Part shown: positions 62,278 to 64,000 of the stretch, piece after piece
How the letters are laid out: every line of letters starts with the position of its first letter
Numbering within the stretch: the first letter of the stretch is position 1
Assembly: GCA_048013815.1 (NCBI GenBank)
Contig: CM106586.1
Location: 10,292,001-10,356,000 of the forward strand
Direction: 5' to 3'
DNA length: 64,000 nt
From: Setoptus koraiensis
Lineage: Eukaryota > Animalia > Arthropoda
Notes under the pieces: generated by a model
The model's database searches: none
Seen by the model: the letters and a program-made list of their open reading frames with translations, nothing else
Told to the model about the DNA's origin: nothing
Program-made: the position numbers and the translations under genes

Positions 62278-63267
62278 CTCTGCGATATCGTCGAGTGTTA
62301 TTCTAAGTAAGGTTCTCAATTTTTCTATATTGTATCCGTTGTGGCAACTGATGGGTAATATAGAACTGATGCCCTTCTTTGAGGGGAGCTCATTGAAATG
62401 TTCCAGAAATTGTGACAATTTTACATCCGACTCCTTCATATCCATCTTGTTCAGGATTACCACAGCTGGCTTTGAAAACAATAAATCATCATACAGTTCG
62501 AGTTCTTTTTGAAGCAAAATCAATGTCTCTATGGCACTCCTTTGGGGGTATGAGGGCCCGATATCGAAACCATTTATGTCTATCACGAAGGCAATCAACT
62601 TCGTCCTTGTTGTGTGCTTCAGAAATTTATGTCCGCAGCCTAAATTCTTGTGCGCCCCCTCGACAAGCCCTGGCAAATCGGCCAAACTTATACTTCGAAG
62701 ATCTTTGAATTCCATCATTCCGATATATGGCCTCAAGGTTGTAAATGGGAAATTGGCAACTCTAGGGTTCGCTCTGGTGAGTGTCTTGAGCAATGTAGAC
62801 TTACCGGCGTTTGGGAATCCCACAAGGCCTATGTCAGCAATCATCTTAAAGTCTAACCTTATCATTCTCCTTTGTCCTACTCCTCCAATACTATTATTAT
62901 ATTTGTCTCCTCCTCTCCCCCCTAGCGCGACTAGAACACGGTCATTGATCTGATTAATATCACCGAGTATTTGTTTATCCTCATCTTCTATGGTTACGCC
63001 TAGTGGACAATCTATAAGTAGGTCTGGTCCAGGGTCGCCTACTAATTGATGTTTGTTTGCATTAGATCCATTCTTGGCGATATACCTCTGATCTGTATTC
63101 TTTGTCAGTACTTGCTTCAAATCTGTTAGATCTGATCCTCTCACATAAACATCTCCACCTTTGCCACCAACACCGCCGAACTGTGGGAGACCATGCCCAC
63201 CTGAACCAGCTTTGCACAAAATCCTCAATGAGTCGATAAATCGTGATCTTGCACTTGATATACCCAT
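62242..63267 (-). CDS. GTPBP10: Obg-family GTPase GTPBP10 (ObgH2), intronless
   Basis: FIDSLRI...GSGGHGLPQFGGVGGKGGDV (short Obg fold). G1 GFPNAGKST, G2 FTT, G3 DLPG, G4 NKMD. First ATG at 63267. Confidence 0.92.
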   Translation of the reverse strand: MGISSARSRFIDSLRILCKAGSGGHGLPQFGGVGGKGGDVYVRGSDLTDLKQVLTKNTDQRYIAKNGSNANKHQLVGDPGPDLLIDCPLGVTIEDEDKQILGDINQINDRVLVALGGRGGDKYNNSIGGVGQRRMIRLDFKMIADIGLVGFPNAGKSTLLKTLTRANPRVANFPFTTLRPYIGMMEFKDLRSISLADLPGLVEGAHKNLGCGHKFLKHTTRTKLIAFVIDINGFDIGPSYPQRSAIETLILLQKELELYDDLLFSKPAVVILNKMDMKESDVKLSQFLEHFNELPSKKGISSILPISCHNGYNIEKLRTLLRITLDDIAELRSTGRSHESY

Positions 63268-63587
63268 CACTTTGTACTAATCTTGTCTTACGGTATAAAG
63301 AGCAGATAAAACAGAAAACCACGTTGTTGTTTGCGATCTTTTTTGTATAGCATAATCAACTTTTTCTACACACACATGATTTCTTTGCACGATCAGCACA
63401 ACAGCAGCACACGTCAACAATTCCTTTTACGCAAGATATACACAGTGTCTGCTTCTTTGACTACTTCGAAACAGGATGATGCTGACCAGTGTGTCTATCT
63501 TGATGCAATGTCTTTGGACATCATTCGGATAATTCTTGTCATCGGGACATCAGAATGCACCATAAGTTTATTGCTTGAAATTTAGCA

Positions 63588-64000
63588 ATGTCCACCGCAG
63601 GAGGGGAGAAAAACGATCGATCGATCAAAAGTGCCGGTCCATCTAAAGCAAAAAAGAAAATAAAGTCAACACAAGAAGATAGCACAAGCAATGGAGATGG
63701 CATATTTGGAATCTCGTACAAATTGATTGCTGGATTTCTTGCTTGCAGCGTTCTATTAGTAGCAGTTCATATACAATTGACAAAAAAAATAAGCCAAAAT
63801 CTAATTAAAGGCTCTATCAGGACCCAAAACAAAGGCCACAGTGACGAGAACAGAGTTCTCATTGTGGCAGAGAATGTGGAGGCAGGATATTTGGAACATG
63901 TCTTTGATGCATTTGATCTGTTTGAGTTTGGTATCTCGCAACAGTCTGAGCCTACGGTGCAAGTAGAGGATTTCTACAATGTTATCTGGTCGCACAATTA
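63588..64000 (+). CDS. 5' part of a type II membrane protein with a TTLL-15-like (tubulin-tyrosine-ligase-like) domain start; runs off the window; not in the ORF track
   Basis: Open from ATG 63588 to the window end: MSTAGGEKNDRSIK...ISYKLIAGFLACSVLLVAVHIQL (TM)...RVLIVAENVEAGYLEHVFDAFDLFEF...FYNVIWSHN. The GYL.HVF..F...W.H pattern is recalled from the invertebrate ttll-15-like family. Head-to-head with GTPBP10 (320 bp). Confidence 0.6.
   Translation, partial: MSTAGGEKNDRSIKSAGPSKAKKKIKSTQEDSTSNGDGIFGISYKLIAGFLACSVLLVAVHIQLTKKISQNLIKGSIRTQNKGHSDENRVLIVAENVEAGYLEHVFDAFDLFEFGISQQSEPTVQVEDFYNVIWSHN

Noticed and set aside
1-64000. tRNA, rRNA, snRNA or known miRNA genes
   Set aside because: I saw no T-loop/cloverleaf, rRNA signature or conserved mature miRNA sequence. 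A tRNAscan-SE or Infernal run would be needed to exclude them.

Overview
This is eukaryotic (spliceosomal GT-AG introns), gene-dense, intron-poor animal DNA. It is most likely an acariform mite; the eriophyoid-like compaction is my inference, not proven. The ORF track splits or misses several genes, so I rebuilt exon chains by hand from splice sites and reading frame. Genes: two tandem PAN/apple-domain membrane proteins, a C2H2 + MULE-type DNA-binding/polyQ gene flanked by two decayed copies, DESI2, a small secreted Pro-rich peptide, a Q/H/N-rich disordered gene, PET100, alanine aminotransferase, ATG2, Derlin-1, ACLY, Scalloped/TEAD, TMEM68, WDR83, PEN-2, GTPBP10 and a 5' partial TTLL-15-like membrane protein. 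Most notable: (1) a ~390-aa 'mini-Kibra' (WW1-WW2 plus tail, no C2 or long coiled coil) in two intact copies and one pseudogene copy, made by a 2.04-kb duplication that also carried the last ~117 codons of ATG2; (2) a divergent Scalloped/TEAD with insertions in both the TEA and YAP-binding domains, in the same window; (3) two inverted copies of a ~600-bp MITE forming a 2.3-kb foldback next to the duplication breakpoint; (4) PEN-2 and GTPBP10 coding sequences overlapping antisense; (5) a 34-bp perfect palindrome inside a small insertion. There are no CRISPR arrays, and I could not support any rRNA or tRNA gene.
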